A stretch of DNA of 64,000 bases from contig CAYTOA010000005.1 of NCBI GenBank assembly GCA_964439265.1, positions 9,865 through 73,864 on the forward strand, given 5' to 3'. Below are positions 1 to 9,461 of the stretch, in pieces. The notes below the pieces were generated by a model. That model saw only the letters and a list, made by a program, of their open reading frames with translations, searched no databases and was not told the DNA's origin. The DNA is from an uncultured Chitinophagaceae bacterium (GTDB lineage Bacteria; Bacteroidota; Ignavibacteria; UBA10030; UBA8401). Positions within the stretch are counted from its first letter, which is position 1; each line of letters opens with the position of its first letter. The position numbers and the translations under genes were made by a program.

Positions 1-1148
1 CGGTCCAGGCGATGAAGGAGGGAGCGGCGGATTTTGTCGTGAAGCCGTTCGACCTGAACCATCTTATCGTACTCATCGAGAAGAATCTTGAATTTGCTCA
101 CCTCGAGAACCGGGTCACTGTGCTTCAGGAAGAGCTCGAGAAACAACGATCCCGCAGCGGGATCATCGGCAACAGCGTTGCCCTTCGACGCGTCCTTGAA
201 TTTGCCGAGAAGCTTGCCAGCGGCGAGAGCACGACGGTCCTCCTCGAAGGGGAAAGTGGAACCGGGAAAGAACTCGTGGCGCGGTTCATCCATCAAAAAA
301 GCGTTGTACGCAGCAGCCAGCCGTTCATTGCCCTGAACTGTGCTGCGATCCCAAAGGACCTGGCTGAAAGCGAATTTTTCGGATACGAGAAAGGCGCCTT
401 CACCGGCGCAACCGAGAGGATGAAACAGGGAAAGTTCGAAATGGCGAACGGCGGGACAATCCTTCTCGACGAAGTGGGAGAGTTGTCGCTCGATATGCAG
501 GTGAAGCTCCTGAGGGTTCTTGAAGAGCGCAAGTTTTATCGTCTGGGTGGGACCAGAGAGATTTCTGTTGATGTGCGCGTCATCGCGGCTTCCAATAAGA
601 ATCTCGCCAAAGAAGTTGAGGCCGGATCGTTCCGTGGAGATCTTTACTATCGCTTGAACGTCGCGGTAGTGAAAATACCCCCCCTTCGTGAGAGGACAGA
701 GGATATCGAAGCATTGACGTTCGCATTCATCCAGGAATTCAGCCGAAAGTTCAATAAGCCTGCCCCGACCCTTGATAAGGATGTGAAAGAACGCCTCCTT
801 CGGCTCCCCTGGAAAGGAAATGTGCGTGAACTGCGAAATGCCGTCGAGCGCATCGTCCTCTTGAACGATACCCCCATCATTACAAAGAATGATATTGCGT
901 TTCTCGGCCCCGACGACGGCAAAGGACCAATGACTACAGTTTCAGAGGGGACCGAATTTATGTTGAGAGTCCCTCCGAAGGGTGTAGGGATGACCGAAGT
1001 GCTGAAAGATCTGATTCTCCAAACATTGCAGATTACGGATGGAAATCAGGTGCAGGCCGCGAAAGTCCTCGGAATTTCGCGCTCAAAGCTCCGCTATAAG
1101 ATGGATCAATTGAAGATCAAATCAACACAGCGCGTTTATTCAGTGTAA
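1..1148 (+). CDS. Sigma-54-dependent transcriptional activator (NtrC family), 5'-partial
   Basis: Reading frame is open from the window edge and the first residues match the end of a receiver domain (VVKPF). AAA+ sigma-54 interaction domain with Walker A GESGTGKE and the GAFTGA motif. C-terminal Fis-type HTH (AAKVLGISRSKLRYKM). Confidence 0.85.
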   Translation, partial: VQAMKEGAADFVVKPFDLNHLIVLIEKNLEFAHLENRVTVLQEELEKQRSRSGIIGNSVALRRVLEFAEKLASGESTTVLLEGESGTGKELVARFIHQKSVVRSSQPFIALNCAAIPKDLAESEFFGYEKGAFTGATERMKQGKFEMANGGTILLDEVGELSLDMQVKLLRVLEERKFYRLGGTREISVDVRVIAASNKNLAKEVEAGSFRGDLYYRLNVAVVKIPPLRERTEDIEALTFAFIQEFSRKFNKPAPTLDKDVKERLLRLPWKGNVRELRNAVERIVLLNDTPIITKNDIAFLGPDDGKGPMTTVSEGTEFMLRVPPKGVGMTEVLKDLILQTLQITDGNQVQAAKVLGISRSKLRYKMDQLKIKSTQRVYSV

Positions 1149-1352
1149 GTTTGTCATACGGAGTAGTGTTTCGAAAATGAAGTTCATCAATGGATTGATC
1201 TCATGGGCGTACACATCAGCTATCATCAAACAGGCCTATTCGCTCCACGGGTAAACTGCGCTTGTCGTGCGGCGGCATCGATAAGAATATCGGAGAAGAA
1301 GACCGCATGTTGGGCTCAACAGGATTGTTACTAATGAACCGCCACCAATCGT

Positions 1353-4300
1353 TTGAGGCATTCAATGGATAATCACCTCCGCATCCTGATGATTGAGGAT
1401 TCTGAGAACGACGCTCATCTTATTGTGCGACATCTCCAAAAAGCAAATTACAGCGTCGAGTTTGAGCGAGTCGAAACGGCCGACCGGATGAGTGCAGCTC
1501 TTTCCGATCGTCCGTGGGATTTCATCTTCTCGGATTATACGATGCCGCAATTCAACGCGTTTGCTGCGTTGAAGCTCCTTCAGGAAAGCGGACGGGATAT
1601 TCCTTTTATCGTTATCTCGGGGACAAGCGGGGAGGAAACGGCCGTCGAGATCATGAAATTGGGCGCGCACGATTATCTGATGAAAGATACGCTGGCGCGT
1701 CTCGTTCCGGTGATAAAACGGGAGATCGAAGACACCCGCTCCCGGAAGCAACGCCGGATGACGGAGAAAGCTTTGATGGAAAGTGAAACGCGCTTCAGTT
1801 CTCTGATTGAAACCGCACGCGACATTATCTTCAGCCTTGCTCCGGACGGTAAAATTACCACACTGAATCCATCATTCGAAACAGTTAGCGGCTGGCCAAG
1901 TGCTGAGTGGATCGGTAGACCTTTTATGGAATTGCTATTTCCCGAGGATATTCCCATTGCTCTCGATCGCTTCAGCAGAGTCATTGCGGGAGAGCCGAAT
2001 GTTTTTACTGAGTTACGTGTCCGAACAAAGGGCCGGGGCGTAATTCAGGTTGAGGTTATCGTGACCCGCCGTCTTCAGAACGGAGAATTGATAGAGTTGC
2101 TTGGAATTGCGCGGGATGTCAGCGAGAGAAAAGAGGCCGAGATACGATTGCGAAGGAACGAAGCTTTGTTGTCCGATGCGATGAAAATTGCGCGTCTTGG
2201 GCCATGGGAGCAAGACGTCGTGACCGGCAAGTACATTTTCAACGACCATTTTTACGACGTTTTCCGCACGACCGCAAAAGAAGTGGGTGGGTATACCATG
2301 TCTTCCGCCGAATATGTTAAGCGTTTCGTTCATCCTGACGACGCGGTCTGGGTGCAGCGTGAGATCCAAAACTCACTCATATCTCCTGAGCTCGAGACGA
2401 GCCATCACCTGGAACATCGCATGCTCTATGCAAACGGCGAAACTGGCTACCTTGATGCAAGCATCTTCATCGTTAAAGACGAAAACGGTCGCTTGACCAG
2501 GAGGTACGGCGTCAACCAGGATATCACGGCGCGCAAAAAGGCTGAACTCGCCTTGCGAAGAAATGAAGCCTTGCTTTCCGACACAATGAAGATTGCCTCT
2601 CTCGGGCCGTGGGAATATAATGTGGAGCGCGACATCTTCACCTTCAACGATCACTTCTACGCTATTTTCCGAACTACGGCAGCAGACGTTGGAGGGTATA
2701 CGATGTCATCTGCCGAATATACCCGGCGGTTCGTGCACCCGGACGATGTCGCCCTCGTAGGCTTAGAAATCGGCAAAGCGCTTGCAACAACCGATTTGCA
2801 GTATAGCCAGCGAATGGAGCATCGCATGATCTACGCTAACGGCGAGATCGGCTATCTCGAGGTAACCATCTTTGTCGTGAAAGACAAGGATGGGCACACT
2901 GTCAGGACGTATGGGGTGAATCAAGACGTTACTGTGCGGAAAGCGTCGGAGAAGGCATTGCGCGAGAGCGAGGAACGCTACCGTCAGTTCTTCGAAGACG
3001 ATCTGACCGGCGACTTCATCAGCACTGTCGGCGGAAAGATCCTTTCCTGCAACCCTGCGTTCGCCCGTATCTATGGATTCGAATCGGTCGAAGAGGTGCT
3101 GCGTACAAACGCAGAATCATTTTATTTCTCCAGAGTCGACCGGGAGAGTCTCCTGGCGCTCCTTCGTGAAAAAAGGAAGCTGGAATATTACGAAGAAGTG
3201 GCGAAGCGAAAAGACGGGAAAACTATTTACCTTGTATCGAATCAATTCGGAATCTTCAACGACAAGGGAGAACTTGTCCAGATAAAAGGGTACATCTTCG
3301 ACAACACCGAACGCCGGTTGCTCGAAGATCAACTGCGCCAGTCACAGAAAATGGAGAGTATCGGAACTCTTGCCGGCGGTATCGCACACGATTTCAACAA
3401 CATTCTTAACAACATTCTCGGATTTGTCATGCAACTTAAGAAATACGCTCATGATCCGGTGAAGGTCATGAAATATGGGGAAACGATAGAGCGATCAGCG
3501 ACACGAGGGGCAGAGTTGTCGGCTCATCTTCTCTCTGTATCACGAATGAAAAAAAGGGAAGAGTCGGAGTTCAACGTCGGCTTGCTTATTAATGAGGTTG
3601 CAAGTTTGTGTACCGAAACATTCCCCCGCTCGATCACAATTACTCAGATCCTCGGAGAAGAACTGGTCCCTATTAAAGGTGACCGCGGATCATTGTACCA
3701 GGTCCTGCTGAATTTGACTGTTAATGCACGCGACGCAATGCCGAACGGGGGGACACTTACGATCGAAGCCAGAACCCGGCTTGTCGGGCAGGATGTGAAT
3801 ATGCGCCTCCTACCGCCGACATCGACACGCTGTATCGAGATCAAAGTGGCCGATACAGGATGCGGTATGTCGGAAGCGGTGCGGGAGAAAATGTTCGATC
3901 CGTTCTTTACCACAAAAGAGCAAGGGAAAGGGACTGGCCTGGGTCTCTCGATCGTCTATAACATTGTTAAAGAACACCATGGTACAATCCTTGTAGAAAG
4001 CGAGGAAGGCGCCGGCACCGCGTTTAAAGTTTACCTCCCCGCCGTCGAACCGGCGCCAGTTCGGGATGAGTCTTCGGGCGTTTCCGCTGCAACAGGCGGA
4101 GAGCTTGTGCTGTTGGTTGATGACGAAGAGATGATGCAGGAACTCGGGAAGGAATTGCTGGAAGATAACGGATACAGGGTTCTTATCGCGAAGGATGGTG
4201 TCGAGGCTGTCGAACAGTACCGCGAGCGCGGAAAAGAGATCGCACTCGTTATCCTTGACCTTGTGATGCCGAGGATGGACGGAGGACAGACGTACATGGA

Positions 4301-4466
4301 ATTGAAAAAAATCAACAAAAATGTAAGAGCCTTCTTCTGCTCCGGCTTCACTTCGGACAAAGTGATCACGCAGCTTCTGGAGGAAGAACATCTGCAGGCA
4401 ATCAAAAAACCGTTTCATCCGACTGATTTCATAAAAATGGTTCAATCTACTATGCACGGTAACTGA
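1353..4466 (+). CDS. Hybrid sensor histidine kinase: REC, multiple PAS (tandem PAS_3 pair), HisKA (HDFNN type), HATPase_c, C-terminal REC
   Basis: N-terminal receiver ([10 protein letters not shown]...IFSDYTMP...LMKD). Duplicated ~135-aa PAS_3-like module ([41 protein letters not shown]). H-box [14 protein letters not shown]-box [16 protein letters not shown]-terminal receiver LVLLVDDEE...[11 protein letters not shown]. Confidence 0.9.
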   Translation: MRHSMDNHLRILMIEDSENDAHLIVRHLQKANYSVEFERVETADRMSAALSDRPWDFIFSDYTMPQFNAFAALKLLQESGRDIPFIVISGTSGEETAVEIMKLGAHDYLMKDTLARLVPVIKREIEDTRSRKQRRMTEKALMESETRFSSLIETARDIIFSLAPDGKITTLNPSFETVSGWPSAEWIGRPFMELLFPEDIPIALDRFSRVIAGEPNVFTELRVRTKGRGVIQVEVIVTRRLQNGELIELLGIARDVSERKEAEIRLRRNEALLSDAMKIARLGPWEQDVVTGKYIFNDHFYDVFRTTAKEVGGYTMSSAEYVKRFVHPDDAVWVQREIQNSLISPELETSHHLEHRMLYANGETGYLDASIFIVKDENGRLTRRYGVNQDITARKKAELALRRNEALLSDTMKIASLGPWEYNVERDIFTFNDHFYAIFRTTAADVGGYTMSSAEYTRRFVHPDDVALVGLEIGKALATTDLQYSQRMEHRMIYANGEIGYLEVTIFVVKDKDGHTVRTYGVNQDVTVRKASEKALRESEERYRQFFEDDLTGDFISTVGGKILSCNPAFARIYGFESVEEVLRTNAESFYFSRVDRESLLALLREKRKLEYYEEVAKRKDGKTIYLVSNQFGIFNDKGELVQIKGYIFDNTERRLLEDQLRQSQKMESIGTLAGGIAHDFNNILNNILGFVMQLKKYAHDPVKVMKYGETIERSATRGAELSAHLLSVSRMKKREESEFNVGLLINEVASLCTETFPRSITITQILGEELVPIKGDRGSLYQVLLNLTVNARDAMPNGGTLTIEARTRLVGQDVNMRLLPPTSTRCIEIKVADTGCGMSEAVREKMFDPFFTTKEQGKGTGLGLSIVYNIVKEHHGTILVESEEGAGTAFKVYLPAVEPAPVRDESSGVSAATGGELVLLVDDEEMMQELGKELLEDNGYRVLIAKDGVEAVEQYRERGKEIALVILDLVMPRMDGGQTYMELKKINKNVRAFFCSGFTSDKVITQLLEEEHLQAIKKPFHPTDFIKMVQSTMHGN

Positions 4467-4580
4467 ACCAGAATTATCCGATGTGACTCTGCCTTGTTCT
4501 TTCTGATAACGAAGCATAAAGCTTCATGCTGATTTCCTGAGAGCGAATGCCCATACTGCTGAAGAAAGAGGGATCTTACG

Positions 4581-7500
4581 ATGCCTAACACCGGCATACT
4601 CCGTAGTGCGTTTTCCCGATATTCCGGTCAGTCCGCAATTGTCCGTTACACGATGGTGTATATTGTTCTTTCGTGTATCTGGATTGGATTCTCTGACAGA
4701 GTGCTTTATTGGACCGTTACTGACCCCGCCCTCCTGCCAACCTTCGCTACGATCAAGGGTTGGTTGTTCGTTGCTGTAACGGCCCTTTTATGGTACGGGC
4801 TCATGACCCGGAATGCCTCAAAGATATCGAGCTCGCAATCGGCCTACCGAACGCTTATTCATGCCAGTCCTATTCCCATCGCCGTGATGAGGATCGCGGA
4901 TGGTACTTACCTGGAGGTCAATGATAGTTTTGTCAAACTGAGCGGGTTCAACAAAAATGAAATAGTGGGACATTCAATTATTGAACTCGGGTTCTATCCT
5001 GATGCATCCACACGGGCTGACATTTTGCAGGTATTGAAGAGAGATGGCAGGTTGCAGGCGTCGGATCGCCGGTTCCGGACGAGATCGGGCGAACTCATTG
5101 ACACGCTCTTGTGGGTTGAGCCAATTTCTTTGGACGATGAGCCGCTTGTTCTCGCACTTGCACTTGATCTCACCGACCGAAAGCGAGCTGAAGAAAGGCT
5201 CAAAAAAAGCGAACAGCGTTTCGCAACTGTTTTTTCAGCAAGCCCTATTTGCACCAGCCTCACCCGGCTTGACGATGGCAGATTTCTCGACGCAAATCAG
5301 GCGTTTCTGTCGCTGCTGGAATACCAACGCGAGGGGGTGATCGGAAGCGACCCGATTTCGTTGAACATGTGGGTGTATCCGGACGATCGGATTAAAATGG
5401 TGGGAATGCTCCGAGAGAAAGGCCGGTCGGATGAGATAGAAACGCAATTTCGCTCAAAAAGCGGAAAGGTCAAAGACGTAAAAATTATAGCGGAGCTAAT
5501 CGAAATCGCCGGTCAAAGGTATATCCTGGGACTTTTCGAGGATATAAGCGCCCGGAAGCAGGCCCAGGCAGAACTCGATCGTGAGAACCATCGGAACAAA
5601 ATGCTCCTCCGCATCGCGAGCGACGGGATCCATGTCCTCGATTTGGACGGCAATGTTTTAGATGCCAGCGACTCGTTCTGCAAAATGCTTGGATACACCC
5701 GTGATGAATTGCTATCAATGAATGTGCGGGATTGGGATGTCGCGACGAAGGACGATGAATTAACGGCGAACTTCAGACCTTTCGACAATTTCAAAGACTC
5801 TATCAGGATCATCGAAAGGCGGCATCGTCGAAAGGACGGAAGCATTTTGGATGTAGAGATATCTTCTACCGCAGCAGTCTTTGAGGGCAAAAGGATAGTT
5901 TACGCATCGGCTCGGGATATTTCTGAACGGAAACTGGCAGAGGAAAAACTAATCAAGTCGGAAGGGGAACTGATCAGAGCGCAGGAGGTGGCGCATGTCG
6001 GCAGTTGGGTATGGAACGTCAAATCGGAAAGTATTCTCTGGTCGAGTGAGATGTATCGTATCTTTGGTATTGATAAAAAAATATTTACCGGGTCTTTGCA
6101 GGACATTCTTGCTTCTGCCGTATATCCGGATCAGGCGAATAAACCTGAAAAAGTAAACTGGTCGGATCTTCGGGAAGACAGGAACGGGCCGTTGGAACTC
6201 CGCATCGAATGGCCCGATAAGACAATTCACTATATCTGGGCGGAGACCGGCGACTTCCAACTTGATGAACAAGGTAACCCGGCTTTGCTTTCCGGAATAG
6301 TCCAGGATATCACAGACCGCAAAGCGGCAGAGGCGGAGCTTAATAGGCTGCGGAAAGCCGTTGAAACATCTCAAGAGATAGTTTTTCTTACCGACAAGGA
6401 GGGTGTCTTCACGTATGTTAATCCGGAGTTCACGAGAGTCTATGGCTATAAAGCCGCCGAGATCGTCGGATCCAGCACGCCGAGGATTCTCAAAAGCGGT
6501 ACGCTGCGAGATGAGGATTACAGCCTCTTTTGGCGGACTTTGGCGGAAGGGAAAATGGTACGGAGTGAAATTGTTAATAAAGCCAAGGATGGTCGATTAA
6601 TTCCCGCTGAAGTTTCCGTCAGCCCGGTATTTAACGAAACTGGGACCATTGACGGTTATCTGGCGATACAAAGAGACATCTCAGAGCGAAAACGCACCGA
6701 AGAATCTTTACGACGCAGTGAAACAAGCCTTGCGGAGGCTCAACGTATTGCCCGTATCGGCAGCTGGGAGTGGGATTCATTGACAGGAGCTGTTGTCTGG
6801 TCCAAAGAACTCTCAAATATGCTGGGACGAGAGGCAAGCGCCGGCTCTGCTGGAGTCCTGATACTTTCACAATCTTCTCCGAGCGATATCGAGCGGGAGC
6901 GGCGGGCGATTGAGAATACATTAAATACAGGTGTTCGGTACGAACTTGAATTTGAAATTGTCAAGGAGAATAACGCAAAGATCTGGATATCTGCACGGGG
7001 AGAAATAAAGAGTGATGCAATAGGACATGTAATCGGAATGCGGGGGACAGTTCTCGATATTACCGACAGGAAATTTCTGGAGCTGCAATTGCTTAAGGCT
7101 CAGAGGATGGAAACGGTGGGAACTCTATCGGCAGGTGTTGCCCACGACTTCAACAATATCCTTAATATCATCGGTGGAAACCTGCGGCTCATCTCAGAAG
7201 CTCCCGATGATGTGCGTAAGAACCAGGGGCGCTTTGCTGCGATCGCAGGAGTTACGGAGAGAGGCGCGGAGCTTGTCCGGCAGCTGCAATTCTTCTCCGG
7301 AAGAGCAGATCTCTCCAGGCGAGGCGTAGAAGTGAACAAAATAATAAAGGAAAATGCCGCAATACTCAACGAAACATTCCCGAAAACAATTGCCGTGCGG
7401 CTCTCGCTGGCGGAGGGGCTTCCTCCGGTCCTTGCGGACCCAAATCAGCTGCATCAGGTACTTTTGAATCTCAGCGTTAACGCGAGGGATGCGATGCGTG

Positions 7501-8243
7501 CGGGCGGCACGATCACTTTTTCAACTGAACTTGCTGAAACCAGGCTGTTCCGCAATCGTTTTCCCCGCGCCCAGACGTCTCCATACGTAAAAATCTCAGT
7601 CAGGGATACCGGTGACGGCATGGATAGCGAAACACAACGGAGGATCTTCGACCCATTCTTTACGACAAAAGAAGTTGGAAAAGGGACCGGGCTGGGTTTA
7701 TCGGTCGTGTTGGGGATCATTGAGAGCCACAACGGCTTCGTTGAAGTGGAGAGCGAGCCCGGGAAAGGGAGTGAGTTCAGAATGTTCATACCGGCTGCTG
7801 AAGGAATAATTGTTCGAAAAGATGCTGAAGTAAAAAATCTCAAGGTGCCCATTCGGGGAACAGAGACGATACTCTTTGTTGATGACGAAGAGCTGGCTCG
7901 AGAACTTGCGGTCGATCAATTGACCGAGCTTGGCTATACAGTTGTTACCGCAAGCGACGGGGAAAGCGCCGTGACGACGTATCGAGACCAGAGAGATCGC
8001 ATTGCCATAGTTTTGTCGGATTTCGGCCTTCCAAATTTTGACGGCGAAGAAGTGTTCAGGCGGTTGAAAGAGATAAACCCTGAGGTGCAATTTGTCCTCC
8101 TCACAGGGATGATAGAGCAGGAAAAGATCGGCCAACTTCTGCACGGGGGAATAAAGGATATCGTTCTAAAGCCGTACAAATTTTCTGAGGTTATCGCGAA
8201 AATGAGGAAACTGCTCGACGAAAAGAATCGTCCACGCGAATAG
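4581..8243 (+). CDS. Membrane-anchored multi-PAS hybrid sensor histidine kinase with C-terminal REC
   Basis: Two N-terminal hydrophobic segments followed by about six PAS/PAC units. H-box [16 protein letters not shown]. HATPase ([15 protein letters not shown]). Receiver ILFVDDEE...VLSDFGLPNFDG. RBS agaggga upstream. Confidence 0.9.
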   Translation: MPNTGILRSAFSRYSGQSAIVRYTMVYIVLSCIWIGFSDRVLYWTVTDPALLPTFATIKGWLFVAVTALLWYGLMTRNASKISSSQSAYRTLIHASPIPIAVMRIADGTYLEVNDSFVKLSGFNKNEIVGHSIIELGFYPDASTRADILQVLKRDGRLQASDRRFRTRSGELIDTLLWVEPISLDDEPLVLALALDLTDRKRAEERLKKSEQRFATVFSASPICTSLTRLDDGRFLDANQAFLSLLEYQREGVIGSDPISLNMWVYPDDRIKMVGMLREKGRSDEIETQFRSKSGKVKDVKIIAELIEIAGQRYILGLFEDISARKQAQAELDRENHRNKMLLRIASDGIHVLDLDGNVLDASDSFCKMLGYTRDELLSMNVRDWDVATKDDELTANFRPFDNFKDSIRIIERRHRRKDGSILDVEISSTAAVFEGKRIVYASARDISERKLAEEKLIKSEGELIRAQEVAHVGSWVWNVKSESILWSSEMYRIFGIDKKIFTGSLQDILASAVYPDQANKPEKVNWSDLREDRNGPLELRIEWPDKTIHYIWAETGDFQLDEQGNPALLSGIVQDITDRKAAEAELNRLRKAVETSQEIVFLTDKEGVFTYVNPEFTRVYGYKAAEIVGSSTPRILKSGTLRDEDYSLFWRTLAEGKMVRSEIVNKAKDGRLIPAEVSVSPVFNETGTIDGYLAIQRDISERKRTEESLRRSETSLAEAQRIARIGSWEWDSLTGAVVWSKELSNMLGREASAGSAGVLILSQSSPSDIERERRAIENTLNTGVRYELEFEIVKENNAKIWISARGEIKSDAIGHVIGMRGTVLDITDRKFLELQLLKAQRMETVGTLSAGVAHDFNNILNIIGGNLRLISEAPDDVRKNQGRFAAIAGVTERGAELVRQLQFFSGRADLSRRGVEVNKIIKENAAILNETFPKTIAVRLSLAEGLPPVLADPNQLHQVLLNLSVNARDAMRAGGTITFSTELAETRLFRNRFPRAQTSPYVKISVRDTGDGMDSETQRRIFDPFFTTKEVGKGTGLGLSVVLGIIESHNGFVEVESEPGKGSEFRMFIPAAEGIIVRKDAEVKNLKVPIRGTETILFVDDEELARELAVDQLTELGYTVVTASDGESAVTTYRDQRDRIAIVLSDFGLPNFDGEEVFRRLKEINPEVQFVLLTGMIEQEKIGQLLHGGIKDIVLKPYKFSEVIAKMRKLLDEKNRPRE

Positions 8244-8579
8244 GGCATCGATATCTGCCGACAAAGCGCTCCCGCGTTTGCCACTCAGTCATTTCTCGCA
8301 AAAGCAAGACATCCCTTCATTCAAAGTCCATCCAGTCAGAGTCCAATTGATTCAGCGTAGTCCCTGATCCCGCATAAAAGGGGATCAGAACGACATGCCA
8401 CTATTGGACAAGTGGCTAATACCCGCCAGAAAATAATCCTCCCACCCAGAGCCAATTTCCTGCCCCTCTGAAAAACCCAAAGTTCGCTCGCTTTTGCTCC
8501 ATTTCTCTGTCACGACAACGTGGCACGTGCTTTGAACATGTGCATGCCAAGGAATATAGAATCATGATTCGCGGCATCA

Positions 8580-8855
8580 ATGACACCACGAGATAATAAA
8601 AAGAAAGTCGGCCACACCGCACAGCCGGGAGTTTTTAAGGAATGTACGATGTGCGGAAAAAAATGGTCAACAAAAGATGAATTTCTTGGCGATAAAGAAA
8701 TCCGTTTGAACGGCTATCAATGGAACAGGAATAAGCTGCGCTCGGGCGAAGAGCTTGCAGGGTTGTTGATATTTACTCATGCAAAAGCTGAGTGTTATAC
8801 GACGTTGGGCGTCGAGGCGCGGAGTTTCAAAGTTCCTTCCCGGGCTCGTCAATGA
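8580..8855 (+). CDS. Hypothetical small Cys-containing protein (possible Zn-ribbon); start may instead be the ATG at 8651
   Basis: ORF of 91 aa, or 68 aa from the MCGKKW start. Carries the motif C-x2-CG-x2-WS-x-KDE, which it shares with the neighbouring small ORF. No recognisable family. Confidence 0.2.
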   Translation: MTPRDNKKKVGHTAQPGVFKECTMCGKKWSTKDEFLGDKEIRLNGYQWNRNKLRSGEELAGLLIFTHAKAECYTTLGVEARSFKVPSRARQ

Positions 8856-8919
8856 CGGTTTCGTATCGATTGCATTGAAAGAATCAAGCTCTTAGACAAC
8901 ACAATACACGGAGGTTATT

Positions 8920-9132
8920 ATGAATAGGGAAGTTCTTAGATCTGAATTTGTTCAAACCATCGACGGTCGGGAGCAATGTCCGGAGTGCGGTCATCTCTGG
9001 AGCGACGAAGCCGCGGCTCATTATCATGACTGCCGCTACTTTTTTATCGATGGAGACAGCGAAGAGGATGAATACTTCTTCGAGGAAGTTGCAGAGCCGA
9101 GACATCAACCGATGATGAAAACGGCGGCGTAG
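8920..9132 (+). CDS. Hypothetical small protein with CxxCG..W..HYHDC motif and acidic C-terminus
   Basis: Strong RBS (ggaggt) 7 nt upstream of the ATG. 70 aa with CPECGHLWSDE...HYHDC followed by a D/E-rich tail. Confidence 0.35.
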   Translation: MNREVLRSEFVQTIDGREQCPECGHLWSDEAAAHYHDCRYFFIDGDSEEDEYFFEEVAEPRHQPMMKTAA

Positions 9133-9461
9133 CTTGTTTGCGAGACAACTCTCGATCGCATCCTGGGAGTCTACCGAAAGCGGTAAATACTCTTTTGTCA
9201 GACGGCAAAGCATGACCGGATTTGAATCGTTCCCAAACAGAGTAAGACCAGCCGAATACTCCTGTTCGCGGAGATTCCTTCGCTGAATATTGAGCACGTC
9301 AATTTAAAATTTGAGGCCGAGAGACGGGAGAGCTGAAAGCGTGGCTCGGCGAGGAACAGGAGCCTAACCGTCTGTGGTGTTGTCGTCGACGTTTGTCTGT
9401 GTGGTTGGGTTTCTCTACGGGTTGAAAGAGTTAAGTAGTACTAGTTGAATAATACATAGCA

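Noticed and set aside
3810-4517. 235-aa minus-strand ORF, and similar ones at 23403-24206, 26617-27264, 31057-31839, 36267-37501, 39879-40508, 42672-43549, 43519-44199, 53051-53668, 60050-60745, 61974-62417 and 63247-63654
   Set aside because: All lie antisense to strongly supported + strand genes (kinases, FapA-like, cheA, flgB/C, fliG/H, flgE, flhA, flhF, flhG). They have no motifs and a typical antisense codon-bias pattern.
8884-9297. 137-aa minus-strand ORF overlapping the small + strand ORF at 8920
   Set aside because: No RBS or motifs. The + strand ORF has a strong ggaggt RBS.
9321-9345. 17-nt motif GCTGAAAGCGTGGCTC shared with 30073-30098 (one indel)
   Set aside because: A single 16/17 match between two positions in 64 kb is within chance expectation, and I saw no further copies. 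Not reported as a repeat family.
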